DNA of 58,947 nucleotides, filler included, from Basidiobolus ranarum (Eukaryota): NCBI GenBank assembly GCA_040143965.1. It is 3 parts of 3 records of this genome, joined end to end, with 100 filler letters (N's around TTAATTAATTAA, not from the genome) between each part and the next. Parts side by side here need not be neighbours in the genome. Positions count along the whole stretch, not along the records: positions 39,406 to 58,947 come from JASJQH010000248.1; 2 more parts are not named here. One strand, 5' to 3'. Shown piece by piece: positions 40,677 to 52,643 of this stretch (position 1 is its first letter; each line of letters starts with the position of its first letter). The notes under the pieces were generated by a model. It saw only the letters and a program-made list of their open reading frames with translations, ran no database searches and was not told where the DNA came from. The position numbers and the translations under genes were made by a program.

Positions 40677-40747
40677 TGGATATTGCAGTTCTTGGATATT
40701 GCAGTTCTTGGATATTGCAGTTCTTGGATATTGCAGTTCTTGGATAT
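40677..40747. repeat. Perfect 16-bp minisatellite, 4.4 copies of TGGATATTGCAGTTCT
   Basis: Units start at 40677, 40693, 40709, 40725, with a partial unit at 40741. Confidence 0.95.
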
Positions 40748-41173
40748 GACTTAAACGAGATACAAGAATGCCAACACCATCGCAGCAAAAGCATATAACG
40801 GTGGTAGCTGACCTTATTAATCGTGCTTTCATATATTGATTAAGGCAATGATGGTTGACAGTGAAATGAATCATCATCAGATGATACTAGTACAACCATA
40901 TTTTCAATCATAATAGATCGGCAAATTAGCTTTGGACAAGAACGCCCTTATTCTGTTTATTTATTTATTTTTTGTCCCAGTGTTGTTACTTTCACATTTA
41001 TAGACAGTCTTTTTTGATTTATATCAATATATTCTCCACACATTTAGAGGCTTTTCTTTTCGTTTTGCTATTTTCCTTTGTACTTTTTGTTCCCATAAAG
41101 AGACCATACCATAACATTTACTGCCAGACGAAAGTTATAAGACGACGAACAATATAACGGTGCATTACAAGCC

Positions 41174-44100
41174 ATGTCTCGTCTTAGGCCTAATGTCAAA
41201 CATAATACCATTCTTTACGATGACGATTCCTTTATGCAAAGAAAGCCATTCGAAGATTACGTGATTTGCTGTACTGGACTATCCTCCGGGATTAAAGTAA
41301 TATAATCTCTTTTGATAAGCAGAATTGAATCTTGCATCTTTCTATCGTTTTTTGGAAGCGCATCTATCAAAATCATTGTATATTTATATATATTTATTCG
41401 TAGCAAACTCTCTATTCTCAAGTTGAAGAGCTTGGTGGACGGATTCAACCAGATTTTACCGCGGAGGTCACACATTTGATTGCTGATAAAGTCGGTTCTG
41501 AGAAGTACAAGGTAAGACAATCTCTTGCGGCATTAAATCCTCCCCGCAAAGAGCGAATTATTTATAACAATGCTTCTATTAATTAGGCAGCGATTCGATG
41601 CCAAATTCCTATATTAACACCGAGTTGGACAGAACAATGTTATCAATATTTTAAGAATAGTGAAGATTTTGAACCTAATGCAGTACGTTGATTTAAAAGA
41701 AACTCCTTGAATACCTTGCTTAGTATAATATCAATTCCAGATCTCCAAACTTCACGTGCTTTCACCTTTAGCTGGATGCTGTATATGCGTGACTGGACTA
41801 TCCGGAGGTATGTAGCCATTAGTTTTGAAAATATGTACGGCTATTTATTTTGGTTACTTACTTGCCAACAGATGAAAGAGAGGCTGTAGAAAAGATGACC
41901 ATAGAGAATGGGGGTGAATATTCGGCAGCTTTAACAATGCCTTGCACACATTTAATAGTAAAGATATCCTTTTGTTTTTGTTGATTTTTTGCCTATATGT
42001 TAGTGTAGCAGTCAAGTTATATTATCTTTGACTTATATAAACGCTCCAGAAGGTAGAAAATTCCAAGCCGCTGTCAAACGAAATCTGCATATAGTCAACC
42101 CTGACTGGCTTTACGAATGCATCAAACAAAAAGGTAACTCTCTCTGTTGATTATATGCATTGAAAATATTGATTCCTAATTTATGAAATTTAGCTTGTGT
42201 CAATGAAGTTCTATATCCAGCTGTTGCCAACCCCGACTCAATGGCAGCAGGTAAACCGCACCTGTGTCATATTTTTTTCAAGAATTTTCACTTATTTTAT
42301 TACTGTATAGGTTCGACTCTTCGTAGAAGTGGAACTTTAACACAAGATCGACAACGTTTACTTCGAGAAAACAAGGATTCCACTATGTATCTCGATGGAT
42401 GCAATATATACTTTGGCGATGGTTTTGGACCAGAGAAGATGATGCTTATGAAGAAAATTATCGTAGATGGTGGAGGCTCACGACATTCCGATTTTATAGC
42501 ATGTATTACACATTTCGTAGCAAGTAACAGTACCCTAACAGAGAAGTAAGTCTATATCAGAATGCCTTTTTATTAATACTGAATATTGATCCTCTTTCGT
42601 TCAAACCACAGAGACAAAGACTTATTACGACATACCACCAACAAGCCCATAATTGTACATAGTAAATGGTTACAAGATTGTTATAGAGATTGCACTCTAC
42701 ATCCTACCAACCAATATTCCATTGAGTTTTTGGAAGGAGAGTTCGCCCGGAATGATTTTCACGGCATTGATGAAAATGGTAAATTACGTGGGCAATTTCA
42801 AGGAAACCCAAAAACCATTACAGAGACCAAAGAATCTGACCAGCGAGCAACAGTACGCAAAAACCCTGCAGTGACTGGCGGCAACTCCATGGTTAAGAGT
42901 AAAAACTTTTGGGAGGATTTAGCTGAAGACATGAAAGAAGAAATTTACCCAACTGCAAAGAATGCCAGTTCTCATCTTTTGCACAGAAGTAGAAGCACTA
43001 TGTCTGTTGCAGAGGTTAAGGCTTCCGAAAAAACTCCTTTGGAAAAGCGTACTAGAAGTTTAACTCCGCATTGTCCTTCTCAGGAGGCTTCACTTGGTTT
43101 GGAATTGGCATATACCACAAGATCAAAAGAGTTGGATAACGGCTCTGATGTAGCTAAACAATCAACCAAATCCGGGATTTTTTCAGAATACTTTTTCTTT
43201 TGTCAAAACTTCCCAGTTGATCAGGTAACTAATATTCATGTAAATAGTTAGTTTACGAGATATCATGCTAAAATATTTACCTTTTGTATAATACAGAAAC
43301 AAATTGTCGAGAAGGTAGTCCTCGATAATGGAGGTTCATTTTATTCCGAGGCCCCTCACTCTTTGACAGCCCCAGTCGACAAATACTTTCGAATCGTCCC
43401 TCTTAAAAGGTAAGAATGCTTCTTTTCCTTAATACTTACAATCATACAACTAACATCGGGTGACATTTAATCAGTCAACAATCAGCAACGGCAAACATGA
43501 GATTTAAAACAGCAACTGAGTGTTGGCTCGAAAGCTGTATAGATGTAAGCCTGCATCCATAGAAACTAATTTTTTACACACTTCAACCTGACATCGAATG
43601 TTTCATTAGGAGCAGCGTCTGATACCACTAGAAGAGAAGGTTATATATTCCCCCTTAAAGACTCAATTTCCAATCAAAGGTAAGTCAAATGTATATACAC
43701 CTTAAAAGACTAATTTCTTATCTAACCTTCTTGAGAACAGAGTTTCGAAATTACTATATTGGTATAACCGGCTACACGGAACTAGAAAGAGAGCATATTG
43801 GTCGCTTGTGCATTACTCTTGGTGCCACATTTAGTGAGCGTTTTAGCAAAAAGTACACTCATCTCATTTGCAAACAAAAATCTGGAGTAAAATATCGACG
43901 CGCCGTAGAATGGGGGATACCTGTTGTGGATTCGGATTGGATATTTGATATAGCAAAGAATGTTAGAAATTCCCCATTTTTATCTCGCACGTGAAACAGT
44001 CTTACATTGTATTGTGAAGCTAACTAAATACATGTTTGTGTAGGGCATCAAACCAGATCATCAAAATCTAATCTCGAACGAAATAGAGGGGAGAAATGAA

Positions 44101-47100
44101 GTCACTTTTGAAGAAAAGTGCGAATCCAAATCGATTGGAAAACTGCTAGGTTTTACTATATTCATTCATACTCGCATTTTTACATTAACTGATGCAAGTA
44201 TTATTTACAGAGCAGAACAATGGTGATAGGCATAGCGAACGTACCAGTAAGTAGAAATTCGAAAGATAGTATATTATTATTTCATCAATCTTTTCTTAAC
44301 TGATTTTGCCGATAGTCTCTGGCAAATTGCAGAATCGTTTTCCCACTCCTCAGGCCACGAATGGTATGCCGACATTTTGTATCAGTATACAATGATGTTT
44401 GCATCTAACGGTTAAATTTATAGGGGCTACTGTTACTCCTACAACTAAAAAATACGAGGCTTCTATAGGTATAGTACGATTGCTTTAAATTTGTCAAATA
44501 TATTGTCTCATTCTTAGCTATCATAGCTTCCAAAATTACAGTCGATACACCTCATCATAATACCTTCTTGGGAAAGAAGGATTTCCGACCGCAATTTGAT
44601 ACTACCGGAATATTATCGTCACTGAAATCGCCTGAAGGATGTCATACACCTACGAACGGTGCCGCTTATAGGACACCAAATGGACCAGCATCTGCGATGA
44701 CCCCAAGCCTCACCTCTGCTAATCCACAATTTGATACCACAGCGGCACTTAATGCGTTGATGTCGCCAGGTAATTGCAAGAACGTAAATATCGCTGTATT
44801 TTATATCATTAAACCATTGATTTTTTAACTCAGGAACCGCGCCAAATACGATATCGAAATCTGCTGTAACCCCATTTTTTCAACGTGTTCGAGGAAATGT
44901 TACTTCTAGCACACCAGGTATATATCTGTTATTCTCATCAAATCCCGTTAGTGAGATCAATTAGACATATACTATCTTTACTAGGAGTGGATGCCGGTTC
45001 CCCATTAGACTCGACGTTCTCGCGAAAACTTTCCTTAGCCTTGGAACAGATGGAATCAACTGATAGCGTGCATGATTCGGGCCAAGCACTTTTTACCAAC
45101 ACAGCTGATATAAGTAATATGGACTCGACGACATTTTTTGGTGAAACGGATCAGAATGTAAGTCCACTAACTGTATTATCTATGAGCAAATACGATCTCA
45201 GAATACTAATGTATGACGTGAATTTAGCATCATGAATTAAATAATATCACATCTTTGTTACAAGGTGTCACGATTTATGTGAGCCAACGTTTAGCGGTAA
45301 GTTGGTAACATAGTGTAATGCTTCATTTATAAATGAGTAATGTGAGAATCTTCAATATTTAGCATCGGCGAAATGAACTGTGTGATATAGCGAGAGAACT
45401 GGGTGCACAGTGTGCTTGGATCTTTGACGAGTCTTGTACCCATCTAATTCATCATATCCTTTTTTATTCACATTCGATTATTGGTGGAATCTCCGTAGTT
45501 TATTTTTAATGTGTTATAATTCTTAACTTACAAATACAAGGTAGCAAAGTAGCCGAAAATTTCAAGGATTTCAAACTAGCCAAGCAAAAAGGAAAAATGA
45601 TTGTCTCCCCTCTCTGGCTTCAAAAGGTCAGTTACTTATCTCCTATAGACTTATGGGCTTATTCATTTTAATTTAACATGCATTTATGACAGTGTAAAGA
45701 GCTTCGAGCAAGAGTTGATGAAAGAGATTATCCGCATACTTATGTGCCTAACAAAAGCCATTTAGTAACGAGTAATTTCGACTATTCGTTTCAAAAGGGA
45801 TCGCAGGGATCAGATCAAGATTCTGTGCTGGCAACACAAGCAGGTTTTCGCAAGCATGTTTCAATAACTTCAGTGGAAATGTCTTTACTTGACGCAAAGC
45901 AAAGTTCTGATGATGAATTTCTGAAACCTGAAACCCTAACTACTGACCGATTTCTTCGTGAATCTGCCACCAAAAAGCCACTCTCGACCACAAAAAAGCA
46001 AACTCCGGATCCGCCTAAAGTTAATTATGCAGCTGCAGTGGATGAACTTATAGGTAGAGTATCTACTGATAGAAAGCGGAGAAGGGCACGATCTAGTTTT
46101 GGGATGTTGAGATCCAATACTGATCAAGCCTCTGATCAAGATGGGTCTAAACAAGACGTCTCAATATCAGACATAAGCGCTATTAGCGGAAAGACTGTAT
46201 CTTTGTTTGATACCAGTGCTGATATCCTAATGACAGAGGCTCATTCTCCGGAGCCCCCTCATATTGCCGAGATTAACTCTACTCAAGAGCCAGCTCCAGT
46301 TATGTATGATGATCCAGAAGGAAGGCGAGAAAAACGCAAACTACTTGACCGACTCCTAATGAATAAAAGACTACGTATATCGCCGAATGATGGATCAGAG
46401 AGTGAGAATGACTCGAGCGACACATCCTCTATCAAGCCTAAGGCCAATGTTATTGACCTTGATGAATCAGAAGATAGTGTGCAAGAACCCAACCCACCTG
46501 TCAAATTTACAAAACAAACATCTACCAAGTCGGAAAGAACGATATCCGATATTTCAGCGCCAACTGAACAAAAAACATCGTCCAACAAAGTATCTTCAGC
46601 CCTTCCAAAGTTATTGGATCTACAACGATTTCCTACATCAATCATGAACGAGATGATTCAAGATGAAGCCAACATGAATGAAGAGCCAGATCCTACCCCC
46701 TCAAGGCGATCCACTAGAATCTCGGCTCAGACGTCTTTCGATAAACGGCAACCGCCTAAGCAACGCATCTCACCCAAGTTTCTCCTATCCTCTATGACTG
46801 GCGAATTCAAAAATCGACTGATAAAAACAATTCGCAGATTGGGAGGAGTGATATTCAACACTGATCAATGGACTTCTGAGTGCACCCACTTAATTGTAGG
46901 CTATCCATCACGAAGCGAGAAATTTCTGGCGGCGTGTGCATCTGGTGCTTGGGTGCTCAAGCCATCTTTTGTTGATTCAAGTGTCTTAACTGACGAGTTT
47001 GTCAATGAAGAAGAACATGAGTGGACCGCCGAAAATGATATGAAACCTGAAGATAAACTTCTCGTAGGTGCTGCTAAACGTTGGCGTCTTAAACTTCAGG

Positions 47101-47456
47101 AACTACAAGCGGTCAATGCGGAAGTTAAAGGGAGCTTCACCGGGTGGAATGTTTTACTCATAGTAGAAACTAAAAAACGGGAAGGATTTGTTCGTCTCCT
47201 ACAAGCTGGCAATGCTGAGGTCAACGTAGCACGTCCACCCTTTCGTAACGTCGCGACAGAAAATTTAACACACGTTTTTGTCGAACCTAACAAAGTGCGT
47301 ACACTCCCCAATCACTTCGTTCACTCTATGCTTGAGGCTAGAGTTCCTTGCTTAGAAACAGATTTTATCGTCGAATTTCTTACTAAAGATGAAGATTCTG
47401 ATCAGAATCAATTTTGGATCAAACATCCAGCTTTACAAAAGAAGCGTAAAGTATAA
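41174..47456 (+). CDS. TOPBP1: TopBP1/Rad4/Dpb11 orthologue with eight BRCT repeats; about 20 introns, two of them AT-AC
   Basis: Spliced BRCTs: VTHLIADKVGSEKY; GCCICVTGLS…CTHLIVK^APEGRKF; YLDGCNIY; GIFSEYFF; IGITGYTELEREHI…THLICK; CTHLIH^QG…YPHTY; FLLSSM…CTHLIVGYPSRSEKFLAACASGAWVL; GSFTGWNVLL. AAD-like PVMYDDPEGRRE; C-terminal KKRKV. Small exons around 44040-45250 are less certain. Confidence 0.9.
41964..42042 (+). other. U12-type AT-AC intron (79 nt) in TOPBP1
   Basis: 5' ATATCCTTTT, branch-like TCTTTGAC at 42025-42032, 3' AC; removal gives THLIVK-APEGRKF in frame. Confidence 0.88.
45454..45537 (+). other. U12-type AT-AC intron (84 nt) in TOPBP1
   Basis: 5' ATATCCTTTT, branch TTCTTAAC at 45520-45527, 3' TAC; removal gives THLIHQGSK, while retention hits an in-frame TAA. 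Confidence 0.9.
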
Positions 47457-47799
47457 ATTTACAACTACTTGACACGTATCTAGATTTTGGATGATGTAGA
47501 TATAATCTACTAAATTGAACATAGTCGCCTGCTATTCCCTTCCCAACTATTATGAAAGAGAGCACGACCAGCACAATTTTAAGTGATTGTCTAAAGAGTA
47601 GTCGGTTCACAGTCTACAATGGAGTTTGATAGAAGTATTTAGAAAAAAGTTGTAAAATAAAGAACTCGGTAGTCTTTCTAGGTCAAAGATTTACTTTATA
47701 TAATACACTTTAATAATTGTAGTTTGAAGAAACAGAATTAACAGTCTAGCCGAATTCTCACGTAGATGAGGAGAGGGTTGAGGACGTAAAAGTCTCGAC

Positions 47800-48415
47800 C
47801 TAATTTGCTTTTGTAATTCCATAAAGTTCTTGACCACTAACACTTTTCAAATCAAAACCAGCGATTTTGGAACCATCCCCACCTTCTAAAGCATCTAGTT
47901 GACGAGCTTTTACTTTTAATCCGTCGCGTATTTGACTTATTTCTGTATCAAGTTTATCTTGATCTATATAATAAGGTGACATAAGTGTTAAGGAAGTATA
48001 ACGTTAGGAAATTAAGTACTCTTGTCTTTACCTTGTCGGATTAATTCTTTAACCTTGTCCCCTTCAAACTTAACAAACATATCACCCAGGTTCATCCAAA
48101 CTTTCTTTGGTGTTGAGGTTTTCTTCAAACTGTTGAGAGCCTCCCTATTAGTGTTACGTCGACGATCATAGTCAATAATCTAAGTTGACATGGGAAATAA
48201 ACCAACATGAGTTTAGGATAATAAAATTCAAGCAATAATACTATAAAGAATCTCTAATAAATACCTACCAATTGTCTATCTGTTAAGATGTCTTCAGCGA
48301 GTTGCTCGCGTTCAGCTTGTTCTAAAATAAAAAGAGGAAAGAATTCTAAGTATCTCGGACATTGTTGTCAAAAAAATTGGGTTTTGTTCTTACCCTTTAC
48401 AATATCCAAAGACAT
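47800..48415 (-). CDS. PDRG1: Prefoldin-like p53 and DNA damage-regulated protein 1; exons 48415-48394, 48321-48269, 48179-48032, 47963-47800, 128 aa
   Basis: Spliced product LAEDILTDRQLIIDYDRRRNTNREAL…VWMNLGDMFVK…DQDKLDTEISQIRDGLKVK…GFDL parallels PDRG1. Mostly missed by the ORF track. Confidence 0.85.
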
Positions 48416-48613
48416 GTTACAAGTAAGATAGCAATCAATCAATAGGAAATCAACATCTTGGATATATGACACACCCTACAATCCCGTTTTTTTTTACTCA
48501 AAAAAGTGTTGATTAAATTTACTGTTATTGGTATGAAAATCCGGTTTATCAAATCAGGAATTAATTAACATACAGTCGGAAAAATCCTCGTCTGATTAAA
48601 AAGCCTAATTCAT

Positions 48614-48664
48614 CCACCACCACTACCGTTACTGCAACCGCAACCGCTACCGCAACCCTACTAC
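48614..48664. repeat. Degenerate ACC / ACCGCW simple repeat
   Basis: ccaccaccactaccgttactgcaaccgcaaccgctaccgcaaccctactac. Confidence 0.7.
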
Positions 48665-49475
48665 AGTAAACTTACGATCCATCTTTGCATGATAACGTTC
48701 GATTATGCCATACCATTCGTAATACTACCGAAACCCCAGCATATGAAGATTGGAGTTTTTTTCAGACAATATCAGGTTGGAGTGCCTGACTGAGAATGGC
48801 TGATCAATCACATCTACAATACCAATTCAAGTAGATGAGTATCAGAATCCGTACCAGAGATCCAATGTATGCCATGAGCAATAACAGTTGTAACACTTGA
48901 AACCCTAACTCACTTCTATAGCTGGCTAGACCTGGTCGGTGTAGTGTGAAGGTATGACTTCCAGAGTAATCACGCGAAGATTGTGACATTTATCGTGCTC
49001 TGTCGTTATCAAGATGTGCGACCAAGTGTGGACTCGTCAAGTAGTTTGAGTATGAAGGTGTCGATGGAGGGTGAACCTTGGTAGAGGTAAACAAGGTAGT
49101 AAAGTTAGAATGTAAACCCGCTACTCTCATGCGTTCGAGTACATCTATTGTTTGAATTGCTTAGTTTTAGTTTATCATCGCTGTGTAGGATGTTGCAATC
49201 CTAAAATGTTCCTAATTTGGATATCCCTGTCTCACCGAGGTTCAATGACCATTGTAGGTAGCGTAAATATGATTAGACAGGATGAAGACAAAAATGGATG
49301 AGCTATTCCAAATGAAAATGGTGCAATATGATTGTACAATATCACCTATAGCATCACCCAGCATCACCCACAAGAATATCACCCGTGTCTGCATCCGGAC
49401 TTGCCTATATAACAGGCGCTGTACGGTCTGAACTCCATATCCAGCTCCGGTCTATTTTGAATTACATTTGTTACC

Positions 49476-51626
49476 ATGTCTTCAGTTTATATTGATGACC
49501 CTCAAATTTCCTACAAGGACCAGGTAAAGCAGTTTACCAAAGGTGTCCCCCCTATGGCTGTTGAATATGCTAAATCCCTCCTTCCCATTTATAAATGGAT
49601 TGGCCACTACAACATGACATGGTTCATAGGTGATCTTATTGCTGGTATCACAGTAGGCGCTGTCGTTGTTCCTCAAAGTATGGCTTATGCCAAGCTAGCA
49701 ACTCTTCCTCCTCAGTACGGACTGTATTCTTCCTTTGTTGGTGTCGTTATTTATTGCTTCTTCGCTACGTCCAAAGATATCACCATTGGCCCTGTCGCTG
49801 TTATGTCTCAACTTCTCGCACAAATTATCGCAAACATCCTGGATAAAGATACCTCATACACTGCCGTTCAAATCGCTGTTGCTTTATGTCTCATGTCTGG
49901 TTGCATCTCCTTTGCCCTCGGATTGCTTAGATTAGGATTTATAGTGGACTTCATTCCTCACCCAGCAATTGCTGGTTATATGACTGGCTCTGCAATCACC
50001 ATCATTATCGGCCAATTCACCAAACTGATGGGTATCCCTGGAGTCAATACCAGAGGTGCGTACTACGATGTACTTGCAGACAGTTTGTCTGGGCTCGGTC
50101 GTACCAAATTAGATGCTGCATTCGGCCTTACTGGCCTTCTTTGGCTTTATGGTATTCGTTGGGGTGTTAATTACTTTTCTAAACGATTCCCCAGACTCGA
50201 ACGTCCTCTCTTCTTCTTCGGAATCTCTCGTAATGCCATTCTGATCATATTTGCTACACTGATCTCTTTCCTGATCAATATTGGTAAATCTACCAGCCCT
50301 ATTAGTATCCTCAAGAGTGTCCCTTCAGGCTTTCGTGAGGTTCGCGTTCCCGTGATGGACAGCGAGTTGATCAGCCTTGTAGCCTCCTCCTTACCAGTAG
50401 TCACTCTTGTGTTAATTATGGAGCACGTAGCAATTGCCAAGTCCTTCGGCAGAGTCAACGACTACAAAATCGATCCCAATCAAGAAGTCATTGCCATTGG
50501 TTTCACAAACATCATCGCATCATTCTTCTCTGCGTATCCTGCTACAGGCTCCTTCTCTCGTACTGCCATCAAAGCTAAATCCGGCGTAAGAACCCCGATT
50601 GCCGGTGTTTACGCAGGTATTATCGTTCTCTTGGCTCTCTATGCTTTGACTCCGGCCTTTTACTATATTCCCGATGCCACTCTTGCCGCTGTCATCATCC
50701 ATGCTGTCGGAGACTTGATTGCCGGACCCAAAGCCATCAAAGAACTTTGGAGAGTTAGTTATCTCGAATTTTTGATTTTCGCCATTGGTGTCATAGTGAC
50801 GTTCTTTACAACCATTGAGGATGGAATCTATGCAACTGTTGGCATTTCATTAGTTGTATTACTCTTCCGAATTGCCCGTCCTCGTCATAACGCATTAGGC
50901 CGCTTATCTGTTGTTTCCAAAGATTTAGAAGGTAAGCCTACTGAGCGTTACGCATACGTTCCTATCGATGATCCCAATGTTTGTGGCGCCATCTCTTCAC
51001 CGCCTGATGGCGTTTTGATCTTCCGCTTTGAAGAGTCAGTGACCTATCCTAATGCAAGCTATGTTTCTGATCGTATTGTTGAGTATGCCAAAGAAAATAG
51101 TAAACGTGGAAAACCACTCCCCAAGTCATTTGGTGACAGACCTTGGAACGATGTCAGTGGAGCTAGCTCCAGTGCGACAGAGCATCTCCCAATTTGTCAT
51201 GCTTTGGTTTTGGACTGTGCTGGTATGAACCAGGTAGATACTACTGGTGTTCAAGCACTCCTTGATGCGCGCACAACGATCGATCGTTATGCCGATAGAA
51301 AGGTTGAATGGCACTTCGCCAATGTTAATGCCCCCACAATTCGCCGTAAATTAATTGCAGCTGGCTTTGGTAACGAAGATCTTCTTGCTGTCCCCCGTGG
51401 TCCCCATTCACCTGTTGCGCATGCTACCAAGACTGTTGATGAAAACTCGAATGCAAGCAATACTGATTTGGAAGCAGCTGCGGATTCGGATGAAGTGGAT
51501 GAGAAGTACGTAGTTAAAACTGGTACTGAAATAGCACACAAAGCTAACGACGAATGGGCTCAGCAAAAATACCCCTTCTTCCACTATGACCTGGAAGATG
51601 CGGTTCGTTTTGCTTCACGCGCATGA
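49476..51626 (+). CDS. SulP/SLC26 sulfate permease (Sul1/Sul2-like) with STAS domain, intronless, 716 aa
   Basis: GDLIAGITVGAVVVPQSMAYAKLA, YPATGSFSRTAIKAKSGVRTP, STAS motif DTTGVQAL, fungal DRPWND motif. Confidence 0.95.
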   Translation: MSSVYIDDPQISYKDQVKQFTKGVPPMAVEYAKSLLPIYKWIGHYNMTWFIGDLIAGITVGAVVVPQSMAYAKLATLPPQYGLYSSFVGVVIYCFFATSKDITIGPVAVMSQLLAQIIANILDKDTSYTAVQIAVALCLMSGCISFALGLLRLGFIVDFIPHPAIAGYMTGSAITIIIGQFTKLMGIPGVNTRGAYYDVLADSLSGLGRTKLDAAFGLTGLLWLYGIRWGVNYFSKRFPRLERPLFFFGISRNAILIIFATLISFLINIGKSTSPISILKSVPSGFREVRVPVMDSELISLVASSLPVVTLVLIMEHVAIAKSFGRVNDYKIDPNQEVIAIGFTNIIASFFSAYPATGSFSRTAIKAKSGVRTPIAGVYAGIIVLLALYALTPAFYYIPDATLAAVIIHAVGDLIAGPKAIKELWRVSYLEFLIFAIGVIVTFFTTIEDGIYATVGISLVVLLFRIARPRHNALGRLSVVSKDLEGKPTERYAYVPIDDPNVCGAISSPPDGVLIFRFEESVTYPNASYVSDRIVEYAKENSKRGKPLPKSFGDRPWNDVSGASSSATEHLPICHALVLDCAGMNQVDTTGVQALLDARTTIDRYADRKVEWHFANVNAPTIRRKLIAAGFGNEDLLAVPRGPHSPVAHATKTVDENSNASNTDLEAAADSDEVDEKYVVKTGTEIAHKANDEWAQQKYPFFHYDLEDAVRFASRA

Positions 51627-52420
51627 ATAACCGAACTAATCGGTAGTCACTATAAACTAAATTTAATCCCCGAAATCACCCGTGATATTACATCGTGACC
51701 ATCATTTGTAAAGCTTCATTAACCAATATGGTTTTATGATACAGGACAATTTTTATATATAATCTTTCATATACATATGAACATTCACTCACTTCGATAA
51801 TGCATTTCAATAAATCTCTATTTAATGATATCCAAGTCTTGACGCTACATTAGATTACTAAGCATCTGCGCAATTGTTCAGAAACAATGAATCATTCATA
51901 CTTCGGCGCTCTACAATCCCCCGAGCTCCGAAACGCAATGTTTCGGTGTACTCTTTATTAATCAGCAAATGTTGACAGATGGCGTTATTATCACCTGAAT
52001 TCACCTCATATGATGAAATACCAGTACCAGTTGGTGGAATGCTATTCTCACACTGATTAACCAATTGTAAGAACAGGAAATGATATCACAAGAACTGGTT
52101 GAAATGAATCCCACCAGTTCCATTCTCACCAGATATGTTGTGCTTTTATTATATGACGCTTGGTCCATGCTATTCTAATCTCATCAATTAAAGTTTAATC
52201 AAGAAGTTAACCCAGATGCATAAAGAAATACTGAACAAAAATAGTTGGTCATATTTGCAGATTTCCAAGTTAATATTCCTCATACAGACAACAATCCTAA
52301 AATATATTAGAGAGACATAAAACCATTTTTTACTTTTACAGATAGTTGCTTTGAATATTTTTGTATGGATATACTGATACTTTGTTCCAGTCTTATCAAT
52401 TTAATGTTTGTGTTTATGCG

Positions 52421-52436
52421 CTAACCCTAACCCTAA
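52421..52436 (+). promoter_or_regulatory. Interstitial telomeric repeat (CCCTAA)n, 208 bp upstream of the SNU114 ATG
   Basis: ctaaccctaaccctaa; regulatory role is inferred. Confidence 0.4.
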
Positions 52437-52643
52437 TGTACATACCTAATGACTCGCCTAATACGCTATAATGTTTATCACCATAATTTCACAAAAATTT
52501 AAGAAAAAAAAAGAAAGTAGAAATACGTAAAATTTCTGATCTAACTACGCAACAAAATTTCCAAAGAAAAATAATATTCATTAATTGTTTAGTATTCGAT
52601 TACCCTCACTGTTGGTTTGCTTAAACGTTCTGTATCATAAGCA

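Noticed and set aside
40677-40747. Possible CRISPR-like array
   Set aside because: Head-to-tail 16-mers with no spacers, in a eukaryotic context.
47964-48031. PDRG1 last intron contains TTCCTTAAC, the U12 branch consensus
   Set aside because: The donor is GTAAAG (U2 type) and the motif is about 24 nt from the acceptor; at most a converted relic, not supportable from this sequence.
49378-51685. ATCACCCGTG on both sides of the intronless sulfate permease, resembling a retrocopy target-site duplication
   Set aside because: No poly(A) remnant, the TATA box lies inside the supposed insert, and several other genes here are also intronless.
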